Notes: a model not told the origin generated them from the letters alone. A stretch of DNA of 64,000 bases from Actinomycetota bacterium (GCA_026392945.1 JAPLBB010000016.1:4983-68982), one strand, 5' to 3'; positions 40,725 through 51,081 are shown, counted from the first letter of the stretch. A program made the numbers and translations.

Positions 40725-43079
40725 CTAAGGTTTAAAAAGAGTTAATTTTCCAGATACGCCAGCAACGGCGTATCTGATTTTATTTAAAGTAATCCAGGCG
40801 CTTTTTCCGCCATCCGAGATAACTCCTTTAGTAATTAATTCAACTTTATTCTTAGCTTTATTAACCAGACACAATCTTAATTCACAGCTAAACAATATCG
40901 ATTTCTCATCGACCGCTATTGGGGAATTAGGAGTGCCATAACCAACCGCTTTGGTATCAATAAAAGAGCTAGTCGGGCTTGATTGATATCTAATTTGGTT
41001 TGGATTTGGGAGTGAAACCCCACTACTAGTAAACCAACTAAAATTCACTCCTTTTGCTGAATTAAAAATTGATACGTCATAGCCAGCTACCGCAACAGAA
41101 CCATCTGGCGCATCTAACGTTTTGTATTTCCAATCAGCTGCCCCAATACCAGTTCTAACCGCATACCGAATTTCACCTTTTGTAACATTCTTATCAGTAT
41201 CAAAACCTTTTACAGAATCGTAAATTACATGTACTTTTTTATCAACAGTTATAGCTTTCATATGAAATGCAACATCACCAGTAGTTCGACTTTCAGTGTC
41301 TTTGTCTCCGTCAACAATTTCATATATCCATTCACCATTGCTTTTAACTGCACCAAGAAGTATTCCCTGTGACTCATCACGATAGAAAACTTGAACTCCA
41401 TCGCTAGTTACCGCACAAGCATTTGATACTGAAACGTCAGATCCACCTCTTACTCGAGGAAAAATTTTATAATCCTGAATTGCTGCTGCATCGCCATCAA
41501 CAACCTCATATGCCCATGACTTACCGTCATACAAAGCATATTTAAGATCTTTATCTATTAAATCAGTATAGAAAATATGCAAGTAATTTTTCTTATTGGT
41601 AGAAGAGGTACAAACTGAAATATAGCCAGAAACATCATTAGTAGTTTTCCCAAACTCCTGGCTATTTCCATCAATAGTTTTTATGCCCCATTTACCATTG
41701 GCATATGTGGCAAGTTTAATATCACCATTTTTACTATCACTGTATGCAATTACTGGACTGCCTTGATAAATTGCACTTGCCAAATATTTAGCATCTGCAG
41801 TGGAATCAATAACAGCAGCCTTCCAAGTAGTCTGAGGTGTTATAGAGTTTGATAGTGCAGATGGAGAATCACCTACCGCATTCTTTGCAATAATTGAAAA
41901 ACTATAACTTAGACCATTTTTTAACCCAGTAATTATTACTGGACTATCAGAAGTTGTTGTCTGCTCACCAGTTTTAATATTTTTTATTGAGTAACTTTCA
42001 ATTTGGGCAGAGCGGAAATTCGCTGGGCGATCAAACATTAAAATTGCGCTTTTATCGCTAACTATTGCCCGAAAATTTTGGGCAGCCTCTGGGAGACCAT
42101 AGGCAATTCCAGCAGGTGGTTTTCTTCTCATATCATCAAACATCGCCAGTAAAAGTGGCCCAGGTAAGTGAAAGACTTCACCAGAATCTAAATTTGGAGT
42201 CATTACCGCGTTCTCACCCGATTGGGAAAATGTTCTTTCATCTAAGTGACTAACAGATGAACCTGGCTCATAAATACTCGGTGTATATAGCAATGGTTTT
42301 ATTCCACTATTAGATTTTATTCCGTTCTCACCTGACCACACCAAGGTTGAAGTTAAAGCTTTACCAGTTTCGATCGAAGAAATTGGCATATCAGCTAAGC
42401 GCCTGCCATCTGGAAGTTGTGCATATGCATCAAATGGAGTTGGTTGAGTGATTCTTCCAAAACCAGAAAATTCATCGTAGTAATTTCCGGAAATAAAACC
42501 CAACCCATGAGCCATCTCGTGCAAAATTACTGACTGTAAGTCATAACTTTTCGGCGGGCATTTTCCATCGATTCCGAAGTACCAAGGGGCATCTGAGGTA
42601 ATGGATATTTCAATTTCTGGGCTTGCTGGATCTAAATCTTTACCGGCCAAAGCATTAGCAAGAGCAGATGCATAGTACAAAGTTTTATCTGGAGCGCCAG
42701 GAAAATTTGCGTAATTATTTTTAGCACTAGCAGCAGCTAAAATTCCATAGCTCGAGGCTCTGCTCCAAGTTACATTTACATTTACCGGTACAGCAGAGGC
42801 AAAGTTCTCAGACCAGGTGTCAACTGCTGCCTGCACCGCATCTCTTGCGGTTGCTGGAACGGTATTAAAGTTAACAATAAAATTACTTTTCTTTTCTATA
42901 AATGCAGAAGAATTTCTCTCGACAGTTTGAACTGAGGCAGTTTTTCCACTTGCGTAGATATAGCCCCAATTAGCCGGCGCACTCTTTATTTGAAGTGCAT
43001 CAGCGGTTGTAATTGAAAATGGGGTGGTTAAAAGACCAATCACAAGTCCGATTGATGTGAGTATTGACTTAAACCGCAT
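40725..43079 (-). CDS. Secreted zinc metallopeptidase-like protein with fibronectin type III domain and C-terminal beta-propeller-like repeats
   Basis: Signal peptide, HEMAHGLGF (HExxH), downstream SHLDE and VMTP, FN3 pattern ITGLKNGLSYSFSIIAKNAVG, repeated W.YE.VDG units. Confidence 0.7.
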   Translation of the reverse strand: MRFKSILTSIGLVIGLLTTPFSITTADALQIKSAPANWGYIYASGKTASVQTVERNSSAFIEKKSNFIVNFNTVPATARDAVQAAVDTWSENFASAVPVNVNVTWSRASSYGILAAASAKNNYANFPGAPDKTLYYASALANALAGKDLDPASPEIEISITSDAPWYFGIDGKCPPKSYDLQSVILHEMAHGLGFISGNYYDEFSGFGRITQPTPFDAYAQLPDGRRLADMPISSIETGKALTSTLVWSGENGIKSNSGIKPLLYTPSIYEPGSSVSHLDERTFSQSGENAVMTPNLDSGEVFHLPGPLLLAMFDDMRRKPPAGIAYGLPEAAQNFRAIVSDKSAILMFDRPANFRSAQIESYSIKNIKTGEQTTTSDSPVIITGLKNGLSYSFSIIAKNAVGDSPSALSNSITPQTTWKAAVIDSTADAKYLASAIYQGSPVIAYSDSKNGDIKLATYANGKWGIKTIDGNSQEFGKTTNDVSGYISVCTSSTNKKNYLHIFYTDLIDKDLKYALYDGKSWAYEVVDGDAAAIQDYKIFPRVRGGSDVSVSNACAVTSDGVQVFYRDESQGILLGAVKSNGEWIYEIVDGDKDTESRTTGDVAFHMKAITVDKKVHVIYDSVKGFDTDKNVTKGEIRYAVRTGIGAADWKYKTLDAPDGSVAVAGYDVSIFNSAKGVNFSWFTSSGVSLPNPNQIRYQSSPTSSFIDTKAVGYGTPNSPIAVDEKSILFSCELRLCLVNKAKNKVELITKGVISDGGKSAWITLNKIRYAVAGVSGKLTLFKP

Positions 43080-43204
43080 GGGTTGAAGGCTAACAGTCTG
43101 AGATGATTAGACCGTGCCAGATTGGAAGTTATCAGCAATAATTAAGCATATAAATATAAAGAACCGGTTGTTAATGACTATATTTTAAGCAAAGGTGGCC
43201 GCCA

Positions 43205-43441
43205 ATGAAAGAAGTAACGGTTTACTCTCGAAGTGGGTGTCACCTGTGCGAGATTGCAATTGATCGTATTAACTCTGTAATTAACGATTATGACTTTACT
43301 GTAAATATCGTATTGATTGACAATGATAGTGAATTAGAAAAAGAGTTTGGGGAGCAGGTTCCAGTAATTCTTATTAACAATAAAATTCACGATTATTGGC
43401 GGGTAGATTTAGAGCGGTTTACTGCTGCGATTAAATCTTAA
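43205..43441 (+). CDS. Glutaredoxin-like protein (DUF836/Rv0508-like)
   Basis: YSRSGCHLC, QVPVILI, YWRVD. Confidence 0.88.
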   Translation: MKEVTVYSRSGCHLCEIAIDRINSVINDYDFTVNIVLIDNDSELEKEFGEQVPVILINNKIHDYWRVDLERFTAAIKS

Positions 43442-45084
43442 TTTTTATTAATTACTTCATCCGCATCAATAATTCGGTATGCATAACCTTGTTCTGCTAA
43501 AAATCTTTGTCGGTTTTGCGCAAAGTCTTGATCAATTGTGTCTCTTGCAACGAGTGAGTAAAACCGTGCACTTCTACCATCTGCTTTAGGACGAAGTATT
43601 CGACCTAGGCGCTGTGCCTCTTCCTGACGTGAACCAAATGTGCCAGAAACTTGAATTGCTATTGTTGCCTCAGGTAAGTCAATCGAGAAGTTAGCAACCT
43701 TTGATACAACCAAGCATTTAATTTCACCAGTGCGAAATAGTGCAAATAATCTTTCCCGCTCTTTAATCGGAGTCTCGCCTTTAATTACAGGAACTCCAAG
43801 TGCCTCAGAAAGTTGATCTAGCTGCTCTAGATATTGGCCGATAACTAATACTTGATCATTTGCATGTTGTCTTGCAAGCGCTATTGCAACATCTTTTTTA
43901 GTTTGAGTAGTTGCACAAAAACGATATCTATCTTCCTGTTCAGCGGTTGCATAATTTAGTCTTTCAGCATCAGTTAAAGTTATTCGTACTTCAACGCAGT
44001 CAGCTGGCGCGATATAACCTTGAGCTTCTATCTCTTTCCAAGGTACATCAAAGCGTTTTGGACCAATAAGTGAAAATACTTCACCTTCCATTCCATCTTC
44101 ACGAACTAAGGTTGCTGTTAGCCCTAATCTGCGGCGAGATTGGATATCTGCGGTAAATCTAAATATTGGAGCTGGTAATAGGTGAACCTCGTCATAAATA
44201 ATTAATCCCCAGTCAATAGCATCAAATAGGTCAAGGTGGGCATAAACGCCTTGCTTCCGGGTTGTCATTACTTGATAAGTAGCAATAGTTACCGGTCTAA
44301 TTTCCTTTTTAGCACCACTGTATTCACCAATATCATCTTCATTTAAATCCGTGCGTTTTAATAATTCTTCCCGCCATTGTCGGGCAGCGACTGTGTTTGT
44401 AACTAAAATTAAAGTTGTTGCTTTTGCATGCGCCATAGCCGCTGCTCCAACAATTGTTTTACCAGCACCACATGGCAGAACTACTACTCCAGAACCACCA
44501 TGCCAAAAACCTTCGGCAGCTAATTCTTGGTATTTTCTAATTTTCCAACCATCTTGTTTTAATGCAATTTCGTGGTGCTCGCCATCAACATAACCAGCAA
44601 AATCTTCTGCTGGCCAACCCAATTTAAGAAGTGCCTGCTTTAAAAATCCACGCTGTCCAGGGTGAACCACAATTGTTTCTTCATCGAGTTGTAAACCAAG
44701 CATTGGTGCAACTTTCTTGCCACGGGTTACTTCTTTTAGTACGGCTGGATCATTTGAAACTAATATCAAACCGTGTACTGGATGAGCTTCAAGTCGAAGC
44801 CGACCATAGCGAGACATAGTCTCGGCAATATCTACTAATAGTGAGTGTGGAACTGCGTATCTTGAGTATTTAAGCAGTACATCAACTACTTGCTCAGCGT
44901 CGTGGCCAGATGCTCTGGCATTCCAAAGTCCAAGCGGAGTTAATCGGTAGGTATGGATATGTTCTGGAGATTTCTCTAACTCTGCAAAAGCTGCAATCGC
45001 TCTGCGACATTCATCAGAGAGAATATGGTCGATATCTAATAAAAGTGTTTTATCGCTTTGAACAATTAATGGGCCATCACTCAT
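43438..45084 (-). CDS. XPB/ERCC3-like SF2 DNA helicase (Rv0861c-like)
   Basis: GPLIVQSD start, LPCGAGKT, DEVH, TATLVRED (RED motif), QRLGRILR. Confidence 0.95.
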   Translation of the reverse strand: MSDGPLIVQSDKTLLLDIDHILSDECRRAIAAFAELEKSPEHIHTYRLTPLGLWNARASGHDAEQVVDVLLKYSRYAVPHSLLVDIAETMSRYGRLRLEAHPVHGLILVSNDPAVLKEVTRGKKVAPMLGLQLDEETIVVHPGQRGFLKQALLKLGWPAEDFAGYVDGEHHEIALKQDGWKIRKYQELAAEGFWHGGSGVVVLPCGAGKTIVGAAAMAHAKATTLILVTNTVAARQWREELLKRTDLNEDDIGEYSGAKKEIRPVTIATYQVMTTRKQGVYAHLDLFDAIDWGLIIYDEVHLLPAPIFRFTADIQSRRRLGLTATLVREDGMEGEVFSLIGPKRFDVPWKEIEAQGYIAPADCVEVRITLTDAERLNYATAEQEDRYRFCATTQTKKDVAIALARQHANDQVLVIGQYLEQLDQLSEALGVPVIKGETPIKERERLFALFRTGEIKCLVVSKVANFSIDLPEATIAIQVSGTFGSRQEEAQRLGRILRPKADGRSARFYSLVARDTIDQDFAQNRQRFLAEQGYAYRIIDADEVINKN

Positions 45085-46148
45085 TTAAGCAACTCATTGA
45101 TAAATGCGGTCGTTAACTTAATTCTTTCATCTATTGTTGAAATTTTTATTGATTCAACAGGGGCATGAGCACCCATTCCAAGGGCACCTAAACCATCTAA
45201 AACTTTAGCTCCAGCAGCAGCAGCAAGATTGCCATCACTTGCTCCACCAACACTTGCATGCCCGATTGGAGATAAACCTAAATCTTTTGCAACCTTCTCT
45301 AACTTTTCGTATAGCTCCATAGAACTTGATATTTCAAGCGGTGGTCGATTAACGCCACCAGTAACTTCAACCTTGGCTACATCACTGGACAAGGCCCGAA
45401 TTGATTTATCTATTCTATTTAACTCAAATATCGTAAAAGATCTAACATCAATATCTAATTTTGCTAAGGCCGGTACAGTATTTGTTGTTGTGCCAGATTG
45501 CATAACAGTCGGAACAGCAGTTGTACCAAACTCAGGGTTCTCAAGAGTTGAAATTTGCATTACTAATTTAGCAAGTTCAGTAGTTGCATTAATTCCCTTT
45601 TCAGGTTCAAGACCTGCATGCGAAGCCTTTCCAATAACACTTACCTGATACATCGCAGTGCCTTTGCGACCGGTTTTAACTTTTCCATCTAACGAGGCTT
45701 CAAAGACCAATACTGCTTGGGCAGTTTTGGCCAATCTCTCAATTAATTCTTTTGATGTTGCACTACCAGTTTCTTCATCTGTAGTTGCAACTAATGCAAC
45801 ATTCTCTTGAGCACCATTTACTTGTGATACGGCATAAAGTGCTTGCACAAATCCAGCCTTCATATCAAAGACGCCAGGACCAGTTGCAGTATCTGCTTCA
45901 ATTTTCCAAGTTGGCTGAAATGAACCTTTTGGCCAAACTGTATCCAAGTGACAAAGCAGAACTATCTTTGGATTTTTTGCTCCCCACCAAAATACTGGGC
46001 GACCATTTTCACTTATTTTTGTTGCAGGAGTTTTTAATAATTTATTTGCAATTTCAACCGCTAAATCAACAACTTGATTACATGCTGCTAAATCTTCAGT
46101 CGGAGACTCACACTCAACCAAGCGCTGGATATCTATAAGTGCGGTCAT
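45081..46148 (-). CDS. M20-family metallopeptidase (glutamate carboxypeptidase-like)
   Basis: CHLDTV, GVFDMK, DEE, FE, SHAG..PE.G, GGASDG, GAH. Confidence 0.9.
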   Translation of the reverse strand: MTALIDIQRLVECESPTEDLAACNQVVDLAVEIANKLLKTPATKISENGRPVFWWGAKNPKIVLLCHLDTVWPKGSFQPTWKIEADTATGPGVFDMKAGFVQALYAVSQVNGAQENVALVATTDEETGSATSKELIERLAKTAQAVLVFEASLDGKVKTGRKGTAMYQVSVIGKASHAGLEPEKGINATTELAKLVMQISTLENPEFGTTAVPTVMQSGTTTNTVPALAKLDIDVRSFTIFELNRIDKSIRALSSDVAKVEVTGGVNRPPLEISSSMELYEKLEKVAKDLGLSPIGHASVGGASDGNLAAAAGAKVLDGLGALGMGAHAPVESIKISTIDERIKLTTAFINELLK

Positions 46149-48337
46149 AGGTCTAAGTCTGCCTTATTTTCGGAAATGGCGGCAGATGGTGCGACGCCGT
46201 TGATGCGAGGGATACGAAATTGTGCAATCTCGCCAGTGGTCTCATCTCGGGCGGTTAAGGTGCCGAGTGAGATTGAAATTGGCTCAATAATTCGATTTGA
46301 AACACCACCGTTATTGTCTGCGTAACTAATCATAAAAGTCCGCTTTTCATCGATGTATTGATTAATCAACGCCAAAGTTTCATTAGATGAAGTACCAGGC
46401 ACGATCGGATCTACTTTACGACTTCGCTCACCAGCCTTAATTGTTTTAACTGCAGCAGTAATAATACTTTCTTTAGGTGATGTGAACTCCGAGATAATTC
46501 TTGGTGGCTTTGGTCGAGATTTAGCACGGCGTAAGTTTGGTTGAGACAGCAGAATTCCACTGGCGTTTTCGGCTGCCGGTAAGTAACCAAAGTCTCTTAG
46601 CTCACTAATTACTTCATTTAACTCAAGATCTGAAACTAAAACTTGAGAGGCAATTTTGCGTAAGCGCAAATGTTCACATTTTTTATCATGAAGAATCTGC
46701 TGCACTAAACCTTCATCTTCGCAACGAATATAAGTTTGAGCAGTACCAATTCTTAATCGCCCGTGACGCTTTGCAACATCGGCAATTAAATAATCAAGCG
46801 GTTGGGGCATTGGAGTTTTGGAAGTTTTAGTGAGAAAGGTTTTTATCTGATCACCAGTTTTACCATGATCTAATCCACGCCTAATTGATGCTTCGCTAAA
46901 TCGATAAACAGTTGCACCGCCACGACTTTCAATATCTGCAATAGTTCCCATTTCGGCTGAAAGTTCTGCCGTTAGTGGACCGGGAGCAACCGCACTGTTA
47001 TCTGCTTGAATTAAAATATGATCAACTGGTTTTGGGAGTGCATCTTCGATTCCTAATTCTTCTTGCATGGTAAGAAGATTTTTTCCAAATGTAGAAATAG
47101 CACCTTGTCCAGTAATACCAAGCCATTCTGCTTCTCGGATATTCCATTCAACAAAATCATTATTTGCCCGTTGCGGATTCCACCATTTAACTATTTTCTG
47201 TAAAACACTAAGGTCAGGAGAGATTTGTGGACCATCCAATAGCACTTTTAGTGTTGTCCGCCTGATTAATGAAACCCCTGCACGATCTAACTCTGGACCA
47301 AGAGGTGCAATATTTTTATCAGAAGCCCTACCAATTAATCCACTGACTCTGGATGTATCAAGCCATAAGACAACTAGAGAATACCAACGCTCCTCAGCTG
47401 GTTTTGTTAACCAGATATCAAAAGCTGAGGTTGGAAGTATTTGATCATCGGGATCAATTACTACCAATCCTCCTAAATAACAAAGTTCTGCAATAAAACC
47501 AGCACATGTTTCATCTACCCCGATATGTTCAGCAATGCGTTTTAAATCTCGAACTCCAATACCGCCGGTACGTAGCGCAGTTGGCGGCTCATCTGAAAGG
47601 TTATGCAAAAACTCTTCACACCATCTTAAAATTGTTGAGATATTAGCGCTCGCGGCTAAATCAATCTGCTTTTGATCAACTTTTCTACCAGTTAACTCAT
47701 CTGCCTTGATTACTAACTCCTTATGTACTTTTCCGCCTCGCAATTTGATGCCAAATTCTCGAGGCAAGGCAACAGTATGAGAATCAAGTGCAACTAAAAT
47801 ATTATTTTCTAGCAACCAGCCAATTGCACTTCCAGGCTTTTTAATATTTGTGATCTGTCCCCGCGGAGGTCCCCAAGTTAATTTTTCCAAGACATCTACT
47901 GACGCTTTTGGAACATCTTTTAACTTAGCAAAATCAACTTTGCCAGAAGAGATTGGCCCTAAGCCAACTGGCTCATTTCCGATTAAAAGCTTTAAATTAG
48001 TTGGCGTGCGGTAATTATTTCCTTCTTTATATAACAACCCCACTTGCCATAGGTAATCTAAAGCAAATGTTGTTTCTTCACTGGTAATAGCAATCAATTC
48101 AGATTTCTTAAATGGTTCAGGTAATACGCAGGCTGCTTCAACGATTTGATAGTGCCATAAATTAAGGGAATCAAGTGCGCGCACTAATGAAGGTGTTGAA
48201 GTGGCGCGGGCAGCAAGTGCTGAGAAATCATTTGGAACTGGTGTGACTAAATCAGGGCGGAATTTAAATATTGCACCTAGATCTACTTCTGAGCGCGCGC
48301 GCAGTTCTTCAGCAAAAGTGATCGCGACAGTAGACAT
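46145..48337 (-). CDS. Helicase-associated (XPB N-terminal-like/Helicase_C_3) domain protein with C-terminal WYL domain (Rv0862c-like)
   Basis: RPDLVTPVP, GGIGVRDLKR, ILIQADNSAVAPGPL, ESRGGATVYRFS..SIRRGLD, PQPLDYLI. C-terminal ISYAD..G..SNRIIEP...FRIPRI WYL pattern. Confidence 0.85.
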   Translation of the reverse strand: MSTVAITFAEELRARSEVDLGAIFKFRPDLVTPVPNDFSALAARATSTPSLVRALDSLNLWHYQIVEAACVLPEPFKKSELIAITSEETTFALDYLWQVGLLYKEGNNYRTPTNLKLLIGNEPVGLGPISSGKVDFAKLKDVPKASVDVLEKLTWGPPRGQITNIKKPGSAIGWLLENNILVALDSHTVALPREFGIKLRGGKVHKELVIKADELTGRKVDQKQIDLAASANISTILRWCEEFLHNLSDEPPTALRTGGIGVRDLKRIAEHIGVDETCAGFIAELCYLGGLVVIDPDDQILPTSAFDIWLTKPAEERWYSLVVLWLDTSRVSGLIGRASDKNIAPLGPELDRAGVSLIRRTTLKVLLDGPQISPDLSVLQKIVKWWNPQRANNDFVEWNIREAEWLGITGQGAISTFGKNLLTMQEELGIEDALPKPVDHILIQADNSAVAPGPLTAELSAEMGTIADIESRGGATVYRFSEASIRRGLDHGKTGDQIKTFLTKTSKTPMPQPLDYLIADVAKRHGRLRIGTAQTYIRCEDEGLVQQILHDKKCEHLRLRKIASQVLVSDLELNEVISELRDFGYLPAAENASGILLSQPNLRRAKSRPKPPRIISEFTSPKESIITAAVKTIKAGERSRKVDPIVPGTSSNETLALINQYIDEKRTFMISYADNNGGVSNRIIEPISISLGTLTARDETTGEIAQFRIPRINGVAPSAAISENKADLDL

Positions 48338-48369
48338 AACTGGCCTACTTTACTCGGGTTTTAAGTGGG

Positions 48370-49146
48370 CTATTTACCTTTGCGTTTTATCTTTCGAGGT
48401 GAGAGCAAAGAGGCAAGTGCTGCTAATCGGCCAGCGGTTGGCCCAAAAAACTTTTTAATTCGGCGAGCTCTTCTAAAATCATAAACGGGCCAATTGTCTC
48501 GGTATGCCCTTATCTCAAGTAATGTATCCGGGTTAATCGCTCGAGGATTTCCTACCGCCTCTAGTAGTGGAATGTCATGGTGAGAATCAGAGTAGGCATA
48601 GCAATTTTTTAGATCAAATCCATAATTGCTTGCCAGCTCCTTAATTGCTAAAGCTTTTTCTCTGCCATGCAATAAATTACCGATCATTTTTCCAGTGTAA
48701 ACACCATTACTCGCTTCTGCCTTTGTACCAAGTGCTCCAGTAAAGCCAAGACGTTTGGCCATTAAATTTGCCATATCAAGTGGAGTAGCGGTGACCAACC
48801 ACACCTCTTCATCTTTAGATAAATGTTCCTGTGCAATATCGACCGTGCCTTTCCAGATAGCAGGGGAGACATATTCATCATAAATTTCTTGTCCAATTTT
48901 TTCAATCTCAATTACATTATGCCCTTTTATGAATTCACAAGCTGCATTTTGAAATCTAGTAATTTCATCTTTGTTTTCTCTGCCAGTTAGTCGATATCTT
49001 AAATTTGCTAATACAAATGCTGAAATGTCTTTTTTTGTAAAAAAGCCCCGTTGGTACATTCCACGCCCAAGGAAAAAGAGCGTAGAACCTTTTAGTAGCG
49101 TGTTGTCGACATCAAAGAACGCAACTCGCTTTTGGGTGAGCGCCAT
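48370..49146 (-). CDS. HAD-IB family hydrolase (SerB1/Rv0505c-like)
   Basis: FFDVDNT, VTAT, K, YSDSHHD..LLEAVGNP. Confidence 0.9.
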   Translation of the reverse strand: MALTQKRVAFFDVDNTLLKGSTLFFLGRGMYQRGFFTKKDISAFVLANLRYRLTGRENKDEITRFQNAACEFIKGHNVIEIEKIGQEIYDEYVSPAIWKGTVDIAQEHLSKDEEVWLVTATPLDMANLMAKRLGFTGALGTKAEASNGVYTGKMIGNLLHGREKALAIKELASNYGFDLKNCYAYSDSHHDIPLLEAVGNPRAINPDTLLEIRAYRDNWPVYDFRRARRIKKFFGPTAGRLAALASLLSPRKIKRKGK

Positions 49147-49197
49147 ATCACTACCCTAGCGAAGGAGAGTCAATTCTTCTGCTTTATGCTTATCACC
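49147..49197. promoter_or_regulatory. Back-to-back leaderless-type -10 elements for the HAD and histidine phosphatase genes
   Basis: Minus-strand TAGGGT (49153-49158) lies 6 nt before the HAD ATG. Plus-strand TATGCT (49185-49190) lies 7 nt before ATG 49198. Neither start has a properly spaced SD. Confidence 0.6.
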
Positions 49198-49818
49198 ATG
49201 GCGCAAACAATTCACTTTGTCAGACATGGCGAAGTCCATAATCCAGAAAAGATTCTTTATGGTCTTCAACCTGGATGGCGTCTTAGTGATCGTGGTAACG
49301 AAATGGCAGCTGTAATCGGTGAATGGTCAGCAAAGTTAGATTTAGGTGCAATTCACTCATCACAATTACAACGAGCACAAGAAACTGTTGCACCAATTAT
49401 TGCTAAACATAAACTTTCTTTAACTACAGATAAGAATTTAATTGAAGCTAGCAATATCTTTGAAGGCAAAAAATTTGAATTAGGAAGTGGAGTATTGCGC
49501 CATCCAAGTTCTTGGCGTTATCTATATAACCCATGGAAACCATCATGGGGAGAGCCATACGAACAGTTAATAAGCCGAATGCTAAAAGGATTATTTGCTG
49601 CTCGCGACGCTGCAGGTGGTAAAGATGCAATTTGCGTATCACATCAGTTACCAATTTGGATTTTACGCTCTGCGGTAGAGGGGCGAAGATTATTGCATGA
49701 TCCGAGAAAACGTGAGTGTTCGTTGGCATCGGTAACATCATTTGAATTAGATAACGCAGGAATGATTTCTTCAGTTTCATATTCAGAGCCGGCAAAACAT
49801 TTACTGCCCAAAAAATAA
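49198..49818 (+). CDS. Histidine phosphatase (phosphoglycerate mutase family, Rv0525-like)
   Basis: VRHGEV, RAQET, VSHQLPIW. Start moved from 49132 to ATG 49198, just upstream of the RHG motif. Confidence 0.9.
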   Translation: MAQTIHFVRHGEVHNPEKILYGLQPGWRLSDRGNEMAAVIGEWSAKLDLGAIHSSQLQRAQETVAPIIAKHKLSLTTDKNLIEASNIFEGKKFELGSGVLRHPSSWRYLYNPWKPSWGEPYEQLISRMLKGLFAARDAAGGKDAICVSHQLPIWILRSAVEGRRLLHDPRKRECSLASVTSFELDNAGMISSVSYSEPAKHLLPKK

Positions 49819-50357
49819 TGAAAATCATTTCAGTTTTTTTAAGTTTACTAATTCTTACTGGTTGCGCTGGCGGTGGCATATCGGCCCAAAATGAGAACTC
49901 ATTTATTTCTGGAAGTGGAAATGCTGTGTTCTTAAAAAAGTCAGAACGTAAAGATGCTCCTAAAATATCAGGAGCAACTTTAACTTCTGGTGTTAAAACA
50001 CTTAATTTAAATCAAGTTACAGTAATTAACGTTTGGGCGTCATGGTGTGCTCCATGCCGAGCAGAAGCTCCTGTCTTGCAAGACTTCTCTATTAAATACC
50101 CAGAAGTTCAATTTGCTGGAATTTTAACAAGAGACAATCTTTCTTCTGCAAAAGCATTTTACGAAAACTTTAAATTAACCTATCCAACATTTATTGATGA
50201 CGCTTTATTATTAGGTTTTAGCGGATCAATAATTCCAAATGCAATCCCAACCACATTAATTATTGATAAAAATGGTCAAGTCGCAGTTCGGATAAGTGGC
50301 GAAGTAACCGTTGCAACTTTTAAGAAAGTGCTAGATAAGGTGTTAGCTGATGAGTAA
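49818..50357 (+). CDS. TlpA/ResA-like thiol-disulfide oxidoreductase lipoprotein
   Basis: Lipobox LTGC, WASWCAPC, IPTT cis-Pro loop. Lies in the cytochrome c maturation operon. Confidence 0.92.
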   Translation: MKIISVFLSLLILTGCAGGGISAQNENSFISGSGNAVFLKKSERKDAPKISGATLTSGVKTLNLNQVTVINVWASWCAPCRAEAPVLQDFSIKYPEVQFAGILTRDNLSSAKAFYENFKLTYPTFIDDALLLGFSGSIIPNAIPTTLIIDKNGQVAVRISGEVTVATFKKVLDKVLADE

Positions 50358-51081
50358 CTTTTTTGTTAACCAAATATTTGATGCCAACCTGCTTGTTGCA
50401 ATGGCAATCGCATCCCTGGCTGGACTAATCTCATTTTTCTCTCCATGTGTTATTCCTTTAGTTCCTGGCTATCTTTCTTATGCGTCCGGAATGAGCGATA
50501 GTAGAAACAGAAGCAGAATATTACTGGGATCAGTACTTTTCGTATCTGGCTTTACCGCCCTATTTATCTCTTATGGCTTATTGTTTGGACAACTTGGTTC
50601 AAGAATTGCTCAAAATTCAAGAATTATTTCGGTTGTACTTGGCTTACTTACTATTGCTCTTGGATTCATATTTTTGTTTAATGAAAAATTTTATAGAAGT
50701 TTTAAACCAAGTTGGAGGATGCGATCCGGCTTAATATCAGCCCCATTTATCGGCTTTGCTTTCGGTATCGGCTGGACTCCCTGTATTGGACCAACCTTAG
50801 GAGCTGTCCAAGTATTGGCATTTGAAAGTGCGACCGCACAACGTGGTGCAATTTTGTCGGCCGCATACTGTTTTGGACTAGGAGCCCCCTTTATATTAAT
50901 GGGATTATTTTTAGATAAAGCAGAACCATTTAGAAAAATGATTGCAAGACGCGGAAATTTAATTACTAAAATTGGTGGGTCACTTTTAATATTAATTGGT
51001 CTGCTTCAAGTTACAAATCTTTGGGATCAATTAATGAATTCTTTACGTGATCTTATAACTGGTTTCATCCCCATAATCTAA
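50350..51081 (+). CDS. ccdA: Cytochrome c biogenesis protein CcdA
   Basis: SFFSPCVIPLVPGY and GWTPCIGP, six TM segments. Confidence 0.95.
   Translation: MSNFFVNQIFDANLLVAMAIASLAGLISFFSPCVIPLVPGYLSYASGMSDSRNRSRILLGSVLFVSGFTALFISYGLLFGQLGSRIAQNSRIISVVLGLLTIALGFIFLFNEKFYRSFKPSWRMRSGLISAPFIGFAFGIGWTPCIGPTLGAVQVLAFESATAQRGAILSAAYCFGLGAPFILMGLFLDKAEPFRKMIARRGNLITKIGGSLLILIGLLQVTNLWDQLMNSLRDLITGFIPII

Noticed and set aside
43093-43204. Intergenic gap between the metallopeptidase and glutaredoxin as a small RNA or small ORF
   Set aside because: No convincing stem or SD-led ORF. It is consistent with two divergent promoters.
43438-48337. WYL plus helicase as an anti-phage defence island
   Set aside because: The pair matches the conserved chromosomal Rv0861c/Rv0862c arrangement, with no nuclease, methylase, toxin or mobility genes and no visible compositional shift.
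49132-49197. N-terminal extension of the histidine phosphatase ORF
   Set aside because: It overlaps the divergent HAD gene. The RHG motif position and a -10 element support ATG 49198.
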